DNA of 64,000 nucleotides. Origin: an uncultured Bacteroidales bacterium (lineage in GTDB: Bacteria; Bacteroidota; Bacteroidia; Bacteroidales; UBA12077). The stretch covers positions 205-64,204 of the forward strand of contig CAZSIC010000004.1 of the NCBI GenBank assembly GCA_964606845.1. The letters are read 5' to 3'. Made by a program: the position numbers and the translations under genes. The notes below the pieces were generated by a model, which saw only the letters and a list, made by a program, of their open reading frames with translations, was not told the origin of the DNA and ran no database searches. Positions 39,241-48,332 of this stretch are shown piece by piece. Numbering within the stretch: position 1 is the stretch's first letter; every line of letters starts with the position of its first letter.

Positions 39241-39674
39241 TTTTTTGTCTCTTCTTTAAATATGATTAATGCCAGAAATATTGTTATTATCGCTGCTGCT
39301 ACTTCAATGCCTATAAAAATATTATATAATGGAATGGCACCGGCGCTGATAATTTCGCCCAGTTGGCCTTTGGGTAAATAGTTTGCAAAAAATATTTTAA
39401 CTCCAATAAACAGTGCTAAAATGGCAAGCATTAAAACAATAAATATGGCTAAACTTTCTATAAGCGATGAGCCTTTTTCTTTACTTCTGAGATTTACAGC
39501 ATCGGATCCAAATGCCAAAATGAGTAAAATATATGCTCCTGCAATGATTGCTCCCCCGGCAAAACCACCTCCGGGAGTAAGATGCCCGTGGGTAATAATA
39601 TATATGCCGTACATAAAAATTATTCCGGAAATTAATTGCGTTACTTTCTTTACTATAATTGACATTCCTTTCAT
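39237..39674 (-). CDS. MrpB-like subunit (MbhF-like)
   Basis: 145 aa. HLTPGGGFAGG motif typical of MnhB. Confidence 0.75.
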   Translation of the reverse strand: MKGMSIIVKKVTQLISGIIFMYGIYIITHGHLTPGGGFAGGAIIAGAYILLILAFGSDAVNLRSKEKGSSLIESLAIFIVLMLAILALFIGVKIFFANYLPKGQLGEIISAGAIPLYNIFIGIEVAAAIITIFLALIIFKEETKK

Positions 39675-39679
39675 AAAAT

Positions 39680-40207
39680 TTACTTTTTAGCTTTAATTCT
39701 TAGTATTGTTAATACTCCTAAAGCAGCAGCAAATAAAATAGTTGCTTCGCCAAGGGTATCATAGCCTCTGAAATCGAATAATACACCTGTTACCAGGTTG
39801 GCACTTCCAGTTTTTTCTGCAGCCCCGTTTACATACGTTTCAGCCATGCGCAATGTATGCTCGCCAAAGAGATTTAAGTCGGCAGTTGCTTGTACAAAGA
39901 AAAAGAGCAGAACCGCAGCAAAAATGATCGATAATGTAATGTTGCTAAACGATTTGTAATCATTTTTAACTTTTAGTTCTTCTCTGGTGCTATCTAATAC
40001 TACCGCCACCATTATAATCAGAGTAACTGTTTCAATTACAATTTGAACAATGGCAAGATCGGGTGCTCTTAGCAATAAAAATGCTATTACAAGGCTGTAA
40101 CCTACTATTCCTGCAGTAATTACCGCCGAGAGTAAATCTTTGGCATGGATGGCAAAGATTGCACCAATGATCATAAATCCTATTAATATTGAAAGCGTTA
40201 ATTCCAT
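39680..40207 (-). CDS. MbhD/MbhE-like (MrpA C-terminal part) membrane subunit
   Basis: 175 aa, polytopic. The C-terminal VTGVLFDFRGYDTLGE motif is typical of this family. Confidence 0.7.
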   Translation of the reverse strand: MELTLSILIGFMIIGAIFAIHAKDLLSAVITAGIVGYSLVIAFLLLRAPDLAIVQIVIETVTLIIMVAVVLDSTREELKVKNDYKSFSNITLSIIFAAVLLFFFVQATADLNLFGEHTLRMAETYVNGAAEKTGSANLVTGVLFDFRGYDTLGEATILFAAALGVLTILRIKAKK

Positions 40208-40217
40208 GTTATCGCTT

Positions 40218-42080
40218 TTAAGTCATTATAAGTAACATAATTATTATTCCTGCAAATACCCAAATGGCATAATTGCTTAAAACACCATTGTGGGTTGTGC
40301 TAAATAAGTGGCTAAACCATAAAACAATGCGTTTCGACAAATCATAAATGTCGAACCATTTTTCTTCAGCTTTTTGATATAAATATTTAAATAGTTTAAA
40401 TTCTCCTATAGTTTTGTAAAACTCAACAGCATTGTAATCTCCTGACTCTCTCATTTTTTCGCCACCACCCACAAAACTGTCTTCTGTCCTGAATTTTTTA
40501 ATATTCCCGATAAAGTAGATGATAATACCCAAGACAATGGATAGCAGGATTAACAGAGAAACCGTTTCTGATTGCCATATTCCCACAAAACTAAATTCTC
40601 CGGTAATTGGGTAAAATAATTTTGGGATAACATAACCTGTGGCAAAAATACCAAATGCAACACAGAAAAGAGCCAGAATAACCAGTGGTATCCACATTAA
40701 GGGTGAAACTTCTTTAATATTTTTAAACGCTTCTTTTTTGCGTCCCAGGAATATTCCACCAATAAATTTGATAAAACTGGCCAGTGTTAGTGCCGAACCT
40801 AAAATAGCCAAACCAAGCCAAACAATCCATAAGCTATTGGCAACTCCGGTTCCGGTTCCAAAATCAATAATTCCCTGGTATATCATCCATTTCGATGCAA
40901 ATCCGTTTAATGGCGGTATTCCCGAAATAGATAAAGCAAATATTAAAGCTGCGATGAAAGTAATTGGCATCGCTTTTGAAAGCCCGCCTACTTCTTCAAT
41001 ATTATTTTTACCTGTTCTGTGTTCAACAGACCCGGCTGAAAGTAATAGCCCGCTTTTATATAATGCGTGATTAATCATATGAAATAATCCGGCTGCAATT
41101 CCGATCATTGTTCCAAGGCCAAAGCCAACAACCATATATCCTACCTGCGAAACAGCATGGAAACCCAGCAGTTTTTTATAATCGTGTTGTATCAAGGCCA
41201 TCATAACTGCAGTGATAATGGTAATAACTCCCAGTGCCAATAAAACAACTCTTAGCCAGTCGTTTAAGACAAACAGATAATTGCAAATCCTGGCAAGGAA
41301 ATAGATGCCAAGCAATTTATCTAACGATGCAGGCAACAAAGCACTTGATGATGCCGGTGCGCTTTTGGCATATTCGGGAATCCATGAATGGAAAGGGAAT
41401 GCGCCGGCTTTTGTAAAACTTCCAATCAGTAACGCAAAAAAAGCAGTTATCGTTAACGGGCTTGATGTTGCAAGCATGATGTCGCTCATATTCAATGTTC
41501 CGGTTATTTTCCAGAGAATTCCAATTCCCAATATCATAATACCATCAGAAGCTCCAACAATAATTAAAGTCTTTTTTGCTGCGGCAGAGCTTTCTTCATC
41601 GTGGCCTTTGATTAATTTGTAAAGGGTTAATCCCAATACTCCCCAGAAGGTAAGAAATAACAGCAAATTATCAGATGCTGCAGCACCGTATGAACATCCT
41701 AGTGTAATTAAAAAATATTCGTAGTAATTGCTTATTTTTTTCTCTTTTGATATATAAATAATCGAATATAATAAGATCAAAAATCCGAAAATGCTGATAA
41801 ATAATATGATCAACTGATTGAGCGAGTCGATATTTAATGCACTGTATTTGATCAGATCAAAATTAATGCTTCTTAAAAATATTGATTCAGCTTGATTTAA
41901 GAATGTGTATGGTGTTAAAGCAAACTGTTCAGCCACGAAAATGATAGATGAATAGAAAAGTGTAATAAGAGAGACAATAATAGCAAGTATACCTTTGGCA
42001 ATATTCAATTTTTTTGGAATGATGAATAATGCTAATCCAACAATAATAGGAATGATGATAATGTATAATACTTCGTTCAT
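40218..42080 (-). CDS. Antiporter-like subunit (MrpA N-terminal / NuoL family)
   Basis: 620 aa, polytopic (SWIPEYA, HMINHALYK motifs). Confidence 0.85.
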   Translation of the reverse strand: MNEVLYIIIIPIIVGLALFIIPKKLNIAKGILAIIVSLITLFYSSIIFVAEQFALTPYTFLNQAESIFLRSINFDLIKYSALNIDSLNQLIILFISIFGFLILLYSIIYISKEKKISNYYEYFLITLGCSYGAAASDNLLLFLTFWGVLGLTLYKLIKGHDEESSAAAKKTLIIVGASDGIMILGIGILWKITGTLNMSDIMLATSSPLTITAFFALLIGSFTKAGAFPFHSWIPEYAKSAPASSSALLPASLDKLLGIYFLARICNYLFVLNDWLRVVLLALGVITIITAVMMALIQHDYKKLLGFHAVSQVGYMVVGFGLGTMIGIAAGLFHMINHALYKSGLLLSAGSVEHRTGKNNIEEVGGLSKAMPITFIAALIFALSISGIPPLNGFASKWMIYQGIIDFGTGTGVANSLWIVWLGLAILGSALTLASFIKFIGGIFLGRKKEAFKNIKEVSPLMWIPLVILALFCVAFGIFATGYVIPKLFYPITGEFSFVGIWQSETVSLLILLSIVLGIIIYFIGNIKKFRTEDSFVGGGEKMRESGDYNAVEFYKTIGEFKLFKYLYQKAEEKWFDIYDLSKRIVLWFSHLFSTTHNGVLSNYAIWVFAGIIIMLLIMT

Positions 42081-42089
42081 AGTAAACGA

Positions 42090-43280
42090 TTATTTATTTT
42101 TTAATTCTTCTGTTTTATTTGCCGATAAAGCAATTAATTCATTTCCGTTTAAAATTTTTTCTCCGGTTTTATTGTCATAAGCCACAGCCATTCGTTCTGT
42201 ACAACAATAACATGGATCTACCGCCGCCAAAGAAATGGTTGCATCAGAAATGGTTTGTCCGATACATGATTTTTTAAATGTTGCAATATTAGTGTAGCTT
42301 GGTGCCCGGATTTTATGTCGTGCCGGTGAATTTGTCCCGTCCGATAAAACATAATGAAATACTTCTCCGCGTGGTGCTTCGGCGTGACCGGTGCCCCATC
42401 CTGCAGGAATTTCTTTTACTTTAACTTCTGTTTCGCCTTCTTTCTCTTTTTTTAATCCTTCAAGGCACTGTTCAATAATTGAAATAGATTCGTACATTTC
42501 CAGTAACCTTACTTCGGCTTTAGCAAAAACATCTCCTTTTTCGGCAGTTATTACTTTCCAGTTAACCAGTGGATAAGCAGCATATGGGTCATCTTTCCTG
42601 ACATCAATGGCAATACCCGATGCACGGGCTGTAGGGCCAACTGCTGCATAATCTATAATGTCTTGTTTGGTTAAAATTCCTACGCCCTTGGTACGGGCAT
42701 GAATTACCGGGTCGTCCATAACTGCACCGGTTAGTAAATCGGTTTTCTTTTTAAGCAAGCTAAGGACTTTTTGTATTTCATCTATTTTATAATTTTCTAT
42801 ATCCCTTCTAACACCACCCACTTTAAACATAGCATAGCTGTTTCTGTTTCCCGAAATCATTTCAAATAAATCCAGGATAGGTTCACGATATTTCCAGGCC
42901 CACATAAATACAGTGTTATATCCTAAAAAGTGGCCTGCAAGCCCAACCCATAATAAATGACTGTGTATTCGTTCCATCTCTCCAATAATAGACCTGATAT
43001 ATTTTGCACGGTCAGGAATTTCTACACCAACAATTTCTTCTACAGCATTAGCAAAAGCAAATGGGTGGGAAGTTGAGCAAATGCCGCAAATTCGTTCTAC
43101 CAGGAAGAAGGACTGATCGTATGTTTTTTTCTCACTCAGTTGTTCAATTCCCCTGTGATTATAACCTGTTTCCCATTTAATATCTTTTACAATTTCTCCT
43201 TCGCAATACAACTTAAACAGTTCAGGTTCTTCCTGTAGCGGATGATAAGGCCCAATTGGTATGAGTGTTTTTTTAACCAT
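42090..43280 (-). CDS. Group 4 [NiFe]-hydrogenase large subunit (NuoD/MbhL/EchE-like)
   Basis: N-terminal RICGICSTSH and C-terminal DPCYCCTER Ni-Fe ligand motifs. About 32-aa C-terminal tail after the Arg, suitable for HycI processing. Confidence 0.92.
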   Translation of the reverse strand: MVKKTLIPIGPYHPLQEEPELFKLYCEGEIVKDIKWETGYNHRGIEQLSEKKTYDQSFFLVERICGICSTSHPFAFANAVEEIVGVEIPDRAKYIRSIIGEMERIHSHLLWVGLAGHFLGYNTVFMWAWKYREPILDLFEMISGNRNSYAMFKVGGVRRDIENYKIDEIQKVLSLLKKKTDLLTGAVMDDPVIHARTKGVGILTKQDIIDYAAVGPTARASGIAIDVRKDDPYAAYPLVNWKVITAEKGDVFAKAEVRLLEMYESISIIEQCLEGLKKEKEGETEVKVKEIPAGWGTGHAEAPRGEVFHYVLSDGTNSPARHKIRAPSYTNIATFKKSCIGQTISDATISLAAVDPCYCCTERMAVAYDNKTGEKILNGNELIALSANKTEELKNK

Positions 43281-43301
43281 ATTTTATATATCAATTCAAT
43301 T

Positions 43302-43739
43302 CTATTTAAATTCTCTTCGGTACGGATATACTCCTTCTGCCCAGTTTCCTTCTGATATTAACTTTTCGGGTTCAGGATGATTCAGAAAAACAATTCCATA
43401 AAGCTCGTGCATTTCTCTTTCAATCCAGTTGGCTCCCGACATCATATTGGCCAGTGAATCTATCTCTGGTTTTTCAACTGGCAGAATAACATGTAAATTC
43501 ACAATTAATCCGATATTATCATTGCTAAAATGATATAGAATCTCAAATCCTTTTTTGGTATGATTTGCCGTAGCAATGATAAACCTTATGTCGAGTTCTT
43601 TAAAAGCATATTCTGCTATTCGTAAAAGAGAACCTGGCTTGATGGAAATAATAGCTCGTGTTTCCGATTTTTTAAAAACATCGAGAACATCAGAACCAAA
43701 TTTTTGCTGAATATTTTTTAAAATCTCATCCGTATTCAT
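43302..43739 (-). CDS. NuoC/MbhK-like subunit
   Basis: 145 aa. ANWIEREMHELYGI motif. Confidence 0.85.
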   Translation of the reverse strand: MNTDEILKNIQQKFGSDVLDVFKKSETRAIISIKPGSLLRIAEYAFKELDIRFIIATANHTKKGFEILYHFSNDNIGLIVNLHVILPVEKPEIDSLANMMSGANWIEREMHELYGIVFLNHPEPEKLISEGNWAEGVYPYRREFK

Positions 43740-43750
43740 ATTGCTCTCTT

Positions 43751-44161
43751 TTACTTATTTAATAATTTAACAATGCCGGCTAAAATAGCTTCAGGTTTTG
43801 GCGGACATCCCGGTATATAAGCATCTACCGGAATAATTTTATCTACCGGGCCGGCAAATGTGTTTCCTTCGGCAAATATTCCACCGGTACACCCACAAGC
43901 GCCTATGGCAACAACTAAAATTGGTTTGGGCGCTTGTTCGTATAGTTCCAGTAATCTGCTTTTATCTCTTTGGTTTATTGATCCATTTACCAGCAAAACA
44001 TCCGCATGTCTGATACTTCCTACCAGTAACATTCCAAATCGTTCTACATCGTAGCGCGGAGTTAAACAATCGAGTATCTCAATATCACAATTATTACACG
44101 ATGCTCCGCCAAAATGGAACAACCACAAAGATTTTTTAAAACAGAACTCTTTAAAACCCAC
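43751..44161 (-). CDS. NuoB/MbhJ-like [4Fe-4S] small subunit
   Basis: GGASCNNC, GACGCTGG and PGCPP motifs. GTG start. Confidence 0.88.
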   Translation of the reverse strand: MGFKEFCFKKSLWLFHFGGASCNNCDIEILDCLTPRYDVERFGMLLVGSIRHADVLLVNGSINQRDKSRLLELYEQAPKPILVVAIGACGCTGGIFAEGNTFAGPVDKIIPVDAYIPGCPPKPEAILAGIVKLLNK

Positions 44162-44173
44162 TTTTTTTAATTT

Positions 44174-45106
44174 TTAATAACCAAAATATGTTAACACAAT
44201 TGCTATTATTGCTAATAAGTTCATCCATACAATAAAAAACCTTACGGCTTGTTTTATTTTTACTCTTGGATTTGTGTTTCTTATAAGCGTTAGCAATAGC
44301 ACTACAAATAATATTTTTAAAACAGACCAGAGAATATTAATTCCTTCAAAGTTTAATCCCCCCCATAACAATCCGATTAAAAATGCAGGGAGAATAAAGA
44401 ACATAATATATTTTGCCAGTTTTATTGTTGCGTAAGGTGTTCCGGAATACTCAATCATTATCCCGTGCGCAATTTCTGTTTCTGCTTCGGGCTGATCGAA
44501 AGGAACAAGAGCCAGTTTTGCCTGTATACAAAATATTGTTACGATAAATAGGATTACGCCTGATATACTGCCTGCAAAAGCTCCGTTAATTTTTTGTGCT
44601 GTTATTATTTTATCAAAACTGATATGCATTCCGGATTTATAAATGATAGCTGCTATTACAAGAAGAAATGTTAGTTCGTAACTGAGAATCAATTTCATTT
44701 CTCTCGATCCGCCAACCGCAGCCAAAGGGTTACCGGATGCCAGGGCTCCGATAATATAGGTTAGCGAAGGAATGGTAAGCAAATAAAAAATAACAATAAT
44801 ATCGCCTTGAAAACCAGTCTCAATACCTAATAATGGCAAAAGAATAAATACACCTGCAATGGAAGCACCAAAAACTGCAAAAACAGGAGCTGCCAAGAAA
44901 ACACCTTTTGCTCCATGTTTTGGCAAAATGGTTTCTTTTACCAGTAACAGTTTAAAAAAATCGTAAAAGGGTTGTAATGGTGGCGGCCCTTTTCTGAATT
45001 GTACCCATGCAGTAACTTTTCGGTCGTACCACGACAAAAAAGCGCCAACTACTGCTGCAAAGAGTAGCCCCGGATATATAAAAAAATAAAATAATTGTTC
45101 TGCCAT
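44174..45106 (-). CDS. NuoH/MbhM-like membrane subunit
   Basis: 310 aa, polytopic. FDQPEAETEI motif. Confidence 0.85.
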   Translation of the reverse strand: MAEQLFYFFIYPGLLFAAVVGAFLSWYDRKVTAWVQFRKGPPPLQPFYDFFKLLLVKETILPKHGAKGVFLAAPVFAVFGASIAGVFILLPLLGIETGFQGDIIVIFYLLTIPSLTYIIGALASGNPLAAVGGSREMKLILSYELTFLLVIAAIIYKSGMHISFDKIITAQKINGAFAGSISGVILFIVTIFCIQAKLALVPFDQPEAETEIAHGIMIEYSGTPYATIKLAKYIMFFILPAFLIGLLWGGLNFEGINILWSVLKILFVVLLLTLIRNTNPRVKIKQAVRFFIVWMNLLAIIAIVLTYFGY

Positions 45107-45116
45107 AATATATTTA

Positions 45117-45614
45117 TTACTGCTTATCAGTATTCCAAATGCGTTCTTTTATTAATACTTTATCGTTTAATTTATAAATATGCTCTTCAGGTTTTTCGTC
45201 ATGTTCAACAACTGTTATCGCTCCTTCAGGGCATGCTTTTATATATTCATTTAGTTCATGTTCGTCCGATAAATCAAAATACAATTCTTTATCTCTTTTA
45301 TGTTTGAAAAAATCGGTCATCATGGTTCCGAAAGGGCAAATAGTAACACACGATTTGCACGAGATGCATAAATTATTGTATCGGATAATAATTCCGTCCA
45401 TATCTTTTTCCAATGCTTCAGCCGGGCACACATTAATACAGGGAGCTTCTTCGCAACGCCTGCATGTAAATTGAAATACAGCAAGTTCCCGTATGGTTTT
45501 TAATCCAACCGTATTAAACGGAACAGGGAAATATCCTTCTGGTGGCGTAACATCACAACTTTTATCGTTGTACGCTCTGAACTTACTTAAATCGATTAAT
45601 ATTTTTCTTCCCAT
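45117..45614 (-). CDS. 2x[4Fe-4S] ferredoxin-like protein
   Basis: CRRCEEAPCINVCP and CISCKSCVTICP. The ATG at 45614 is 1 nt after the upstream stop. The longer ORF to 45683 would overlap that gene. Confidence 0.75.
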   Translation of the reverse strand: MGRKILIDLSKFRAYNDKSCDVTPPEGYFPVPFNTVGLKTIRELAVFQFTCRRCEEAPCINVCPAEALEKDMDGIIIRYNNLCISCKSCVTICPFGTMMTDFFKHKRDKELYFDLSDEHELNEYIKACPEGAITVVEHDEKPEEHIYKLNDKVLIKERIWNTDKQ

Positions 45615-45615
45615 A

Positions 45616-46440
45616 TTAATTCCAGATATCTGGTTGATCTTTAATTTCATCATATGTAAATACCGGCCCGTCTTTACAAACAAAGTATTTACCCATCATG
45701 CAATGTCCGCATTTTCCTAATCCGCACGACATATTTTTTTCCATCGATAAATAAATATCATGCTCGGGATATCCCATTTCCAGTAATTTATAAGTTCCGA
45801 ATTTCATCATTACAGGTGGGCCGCAAACAACGGCTACAGAGTTTTTAATATCAACTTTTACTTTATCTAAAAGAACAGTTGCTACTCCAACCGACTCTTC
45901 CCATGATTCATCCGGCTGGTCTACTGTCCTTAAAACTTCGAATTTTGGCGTGTTTTTTAGTTCATCAACATATGGTTTATAAATGCACTCATCAGGAGTT
46001 TTTGAGCCATAACAAAGCGTAACTTTTCTTAGTTTGTCAGAAATAGCCATTAAGTTATATAGTAACGAACGAATCGGTGCAAAACCGCAACCGCCTCCAA
46101 GTACCAAAACTTCTTTATCGTGAAATTTTTCTACCGGATAACCTCGTCCGAAAGGACCTCGAATACCCAAAATCTCTCCGGCTTTCATGTTATGAAGATA
46201 TTCGGTGACATATCCGGTTTTCATTACCGTAACTTCAATTTTTTTTGTTTCAAGTGGTGATGAAGAAGGAGTAAATGGTGCCTCGCCAATTCCGTCGACG
46301 GTAAGCTCAATAAATTCGCCGGTTTTAAACGAAAATTCTTGTTCAGGTTCTAAAACAAATGTTTTTATTGTTGGAGATTCAGAAATAACCTCCAGCAGTT
46401 TTGCCTTTATGGGCTTGTATATGTTCGTTTTATCCGACAT
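45616..46440 (-). CDS. FAD/NAD(P)H-binding [2Fe-2S] oxidoreductase (AsrB / sulfhydrogenase gamma-like)
   Basis: RGPFG, LGGGCGFAPIRS, and the C-terminal CGLGKCGHCMMGKYFVC motif. Confidence 0.85.
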   Translation of the reverse strand: MSDKTNIYKPIKAKLLEVISESPTIKTFVLEPEQEFSFKTGEFIELTVDGIGEAPFTPSSSPLETKKIEVTVMKTGYVTEYLHNMKAGEILGIRGPFGRGYPVEKFHDKEVLVLGGGCGFAPIRSLLYNLMAISDKLRKVTLCYGSKTPDECIYKPYVDELKNTPKFEVLRTVDQPDESWEESVGVATVLLDKVKVDIKNSVAVVCGPPVMMKFGTYKLLEMGYPEHDIYLSMEKNMSCGLGKCGHCMMGKYFVCKDGPVFTYDEIKDQPDIWN

Positions 46441-46442
46441 AA

Positions 46443-47444
46443 TTATTGCGCTAATTCTCTGAATAATTCATTTTTATTGATTTTGCCGATACATGCTTCT
46501 ATGCATCTTCCACAACCTGTACATGCAATAGAATCGAACTTATAAGGTTTCCAGTAATATTTGCATAAATACCTGTTTTTAAATCTTTTGGCTAAAGCAT
46601 GCAATGGGTCTTCATCGCCGGCAACTCTTTCAAATCCCGGATATTGGCATGCATCTAACTGACGTATTTTTTCAAATCCAGGATTATCAACCAGCAAAAA
46701 GCATGAGCATGTTGGGCAAATGGTTGCACAAGCTCCGCATGATACGCAGGTTGATGAATATTTGTGCCAAATTTCATCTTTTGATTCTTTAATTAGTTCT
46801 CCGGTTTTTTTGTAATCAGGCAAGCCTTTGTTGTTTCCTAATAATTGATTTTCTATCTTCTTTTCTTTGAGCTCAATTTCTTCAATTTCTATTTGTGGAG
46901 ATTTTGAAAGTGTTGCATATTTTTTGACAGCGTTAATTAATTCTTCTCCCTTTTTTGTAAATACTTTTAAATGAATTTTATTGTCAACCTCGGCCAATGA
47001 AATATCGCAAACAGATTCCGGATAAGGTTTTACTCCATAGCTTGTACAATGGCAATGTTCCTGAACAGAAAAGCATGAACTGCCGATTAAAATTGTATTT
47101 TCTCTTTTTGATAAATAGGAAGGATCAGTAAAATCTTTATCGATATATATTTCGTCAAGTATTTGTAAACCCTTTAAATCACAATTTGGAATTCCCATTA
47201 TAATTCTGGATGTTTTTAATTTGTAGTCTTTGGTAACATTCTCTTTTATAGGAAGAAAAAAGGTTTTTAACGGGGTTGTTGGTTTTGGAATATTATAAAT
47301 AGCTTCAGTAATATTTTCTGAATCTATGAGTTCATAATCAATAATATCATCAATACGCAAGGGTGCGTAGATAGCATAACTGTGCAAAAGATTTTCTATT
47401 GCATGATTCCATTCTGAAGTAAAAACCGAATAGAAATTTTCCAT
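46443..47444 (-). CDS. 4Fe-4S protein (AsrA / sulfhydrogenase beta-like)
   Basis: CVSCGACATICPTCSC and CTGCGRCIEAC. 333 aa. First gene of the operon. Confidence 0.82.
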   Translation of the reverse strand: MENFYSVFTSEWNHAIENLLHSYAIYAPLRIDDIIDYELIDSENITEAIYNIPKPTTPLKTFFLPIKENVTKDYKLKTSRIIMGIPNCDLKGLQILDEIYIDKDFTDPSYLSKRENTILIGSSCFSVQEHCHCTSYGVKPYPESVCDISLAEVDNKIHLKVFTKKGEELINAVKKYATLSKSPQIEIEEIELKEKKIENQLLGNNKGLPDYKKTGELIKESKDEIWHKYSSTCVSCGACATICPTCSCFLLVDNPGFEKIRQLDACQYPGFERVAGDEDPLHALAKRFKNRYLCKYYWKPYKFDSIACTGCGRCIEACIGKINKNELFRELAQ

Positions 47445-47447
47445 ATC

Positions 47448-47463
47448 TGTGATTTAATTCACA
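47448..47463. promoter_or_regulatory. Rex-type operator TGTGAT-TTAA-TTCACA
   Basis: Perfect TGTGA-N6-TCACA inverted repeat 4 nt upstream of the operon's first start codon. Confidence 0.55.
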
Positions 47464-47633
47464 TATAAATTTAGAGAAAAATATAGGCCAATGTCAAGTA
47501 TTATTATAATATATGTTGTATAACATATCTATAAAATTTATTAAATAATTAATATACAGGAAATTAATATATTAATTTTTTTATTAAAAAAAATTGCATA
47601 AATTACAAAAAATGTTATATATAAATATTTTAT

Positions 47634-47649
47634 TGTGAAACAAGTAACA
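47634..47649. promoter_or_regulatory. Rex-type operator TGTGAA-ACAA-GTAACA at the rex start
   Basis: Hybrid half-sites TGTGA-N6-TAACA overlapping the GTG start of rex. Confidence 0.4.
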
Positions 47650-48276
47650 AAATATGTTATAAAAAACAATTTAAAGCGTTTGTTTACTTACAGAATTTGT
47701 TTGATCAATTTTAAACGCAAAGGTTTTGACCGTGTTTTTTCTTATAATTTAGGCGAAGAAGCCGGAGTTACAGCTGAACAGGTACGTAAAGATTTTTCAG
47801 AATTTAATATCAGAGGTAATAAGAAAGGAGGGTATAGCATTGATGAATTATTACATGCCATAGATAATATTTTTAAGTTTCAACGTAACGAGCATGTAAT
47901 TCTTATTGGTATGGGAAATATTGGACGTGCCTTGGTGCAGTATAAACGGTTTATATTAAGAAAGATGATTATTGTAGCCAGTTTTGATATTGATCCTTCA
48001 AAACAATCTAAAAGATGGGGAATCCCTGTTCTCTCCTTAGACCAGATGGATGATATTATCCATAAATTTCATGTTCGAACCGCAATTATTGCAGTACCGG
48101 AAATTTCAGCTCAGGAAATTTGTGATAAAATGGTAAAATCGGGAATTAAAGGTATTTTAAATTTTGCACCCATTATACCTAAAGTGCCTGAAGATGTGGT
48201 AGTAAATAATATTAACCTTTGTGATGAACTCGAAAGTGTTATCTATTATGTTGATAAACAAGAGAAAAGTTTGTAA
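47635..48276 (+). CDS. rex: Redox-sensing transcriptional repressor Rex
   Basis: N-terminal winged-helix region (RL.TYR..L). GMGNIGRAL Rossmann NADH site. 213 aa. GTG start. Confidence 0.85.
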   Translation: MKQVTKYVIKNNLKRLFTYRICLINFKRKGFDRVFSYNLGEEAGVTAEQVRKDFSEFNIRGNKKGGYSIDELLHAIDNIFKFQRNEHVILIGMGNIGRALVQYKRFILRKMIIVASFDIDPSKQSKRWGIPVLSLDQMDDIIHKFHVRTAIIAVPEISAQEICDKMVKSGIKGILNFAPIIPKVPEDVVVNNINLCDELESVIYYVDKQEKSL

Positions 48277-48332
48277 ATTGTTACTAGAAAATTTTTATTA
48301 TTAAAACCGCTGTCCAAATATCGATAAAGGGT

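Noticed and set aside
47515-47528. Exact 14-mer GTTGTATAACATAT shared by the mbh/rex spacer (47515-47528) and the region after hypB (54192-54205). It is part of the palindrome ATATGTTGTATAACATAT at the first locus.
   Set aside because: By a rough composition estimate, exact 14-mers recur by chance in 64 kb of AT-rich DNA. Even restricted to intergenic DNA the expectation is not negligible. It is kept only as a note, and a genome-wide motif search would be needed.
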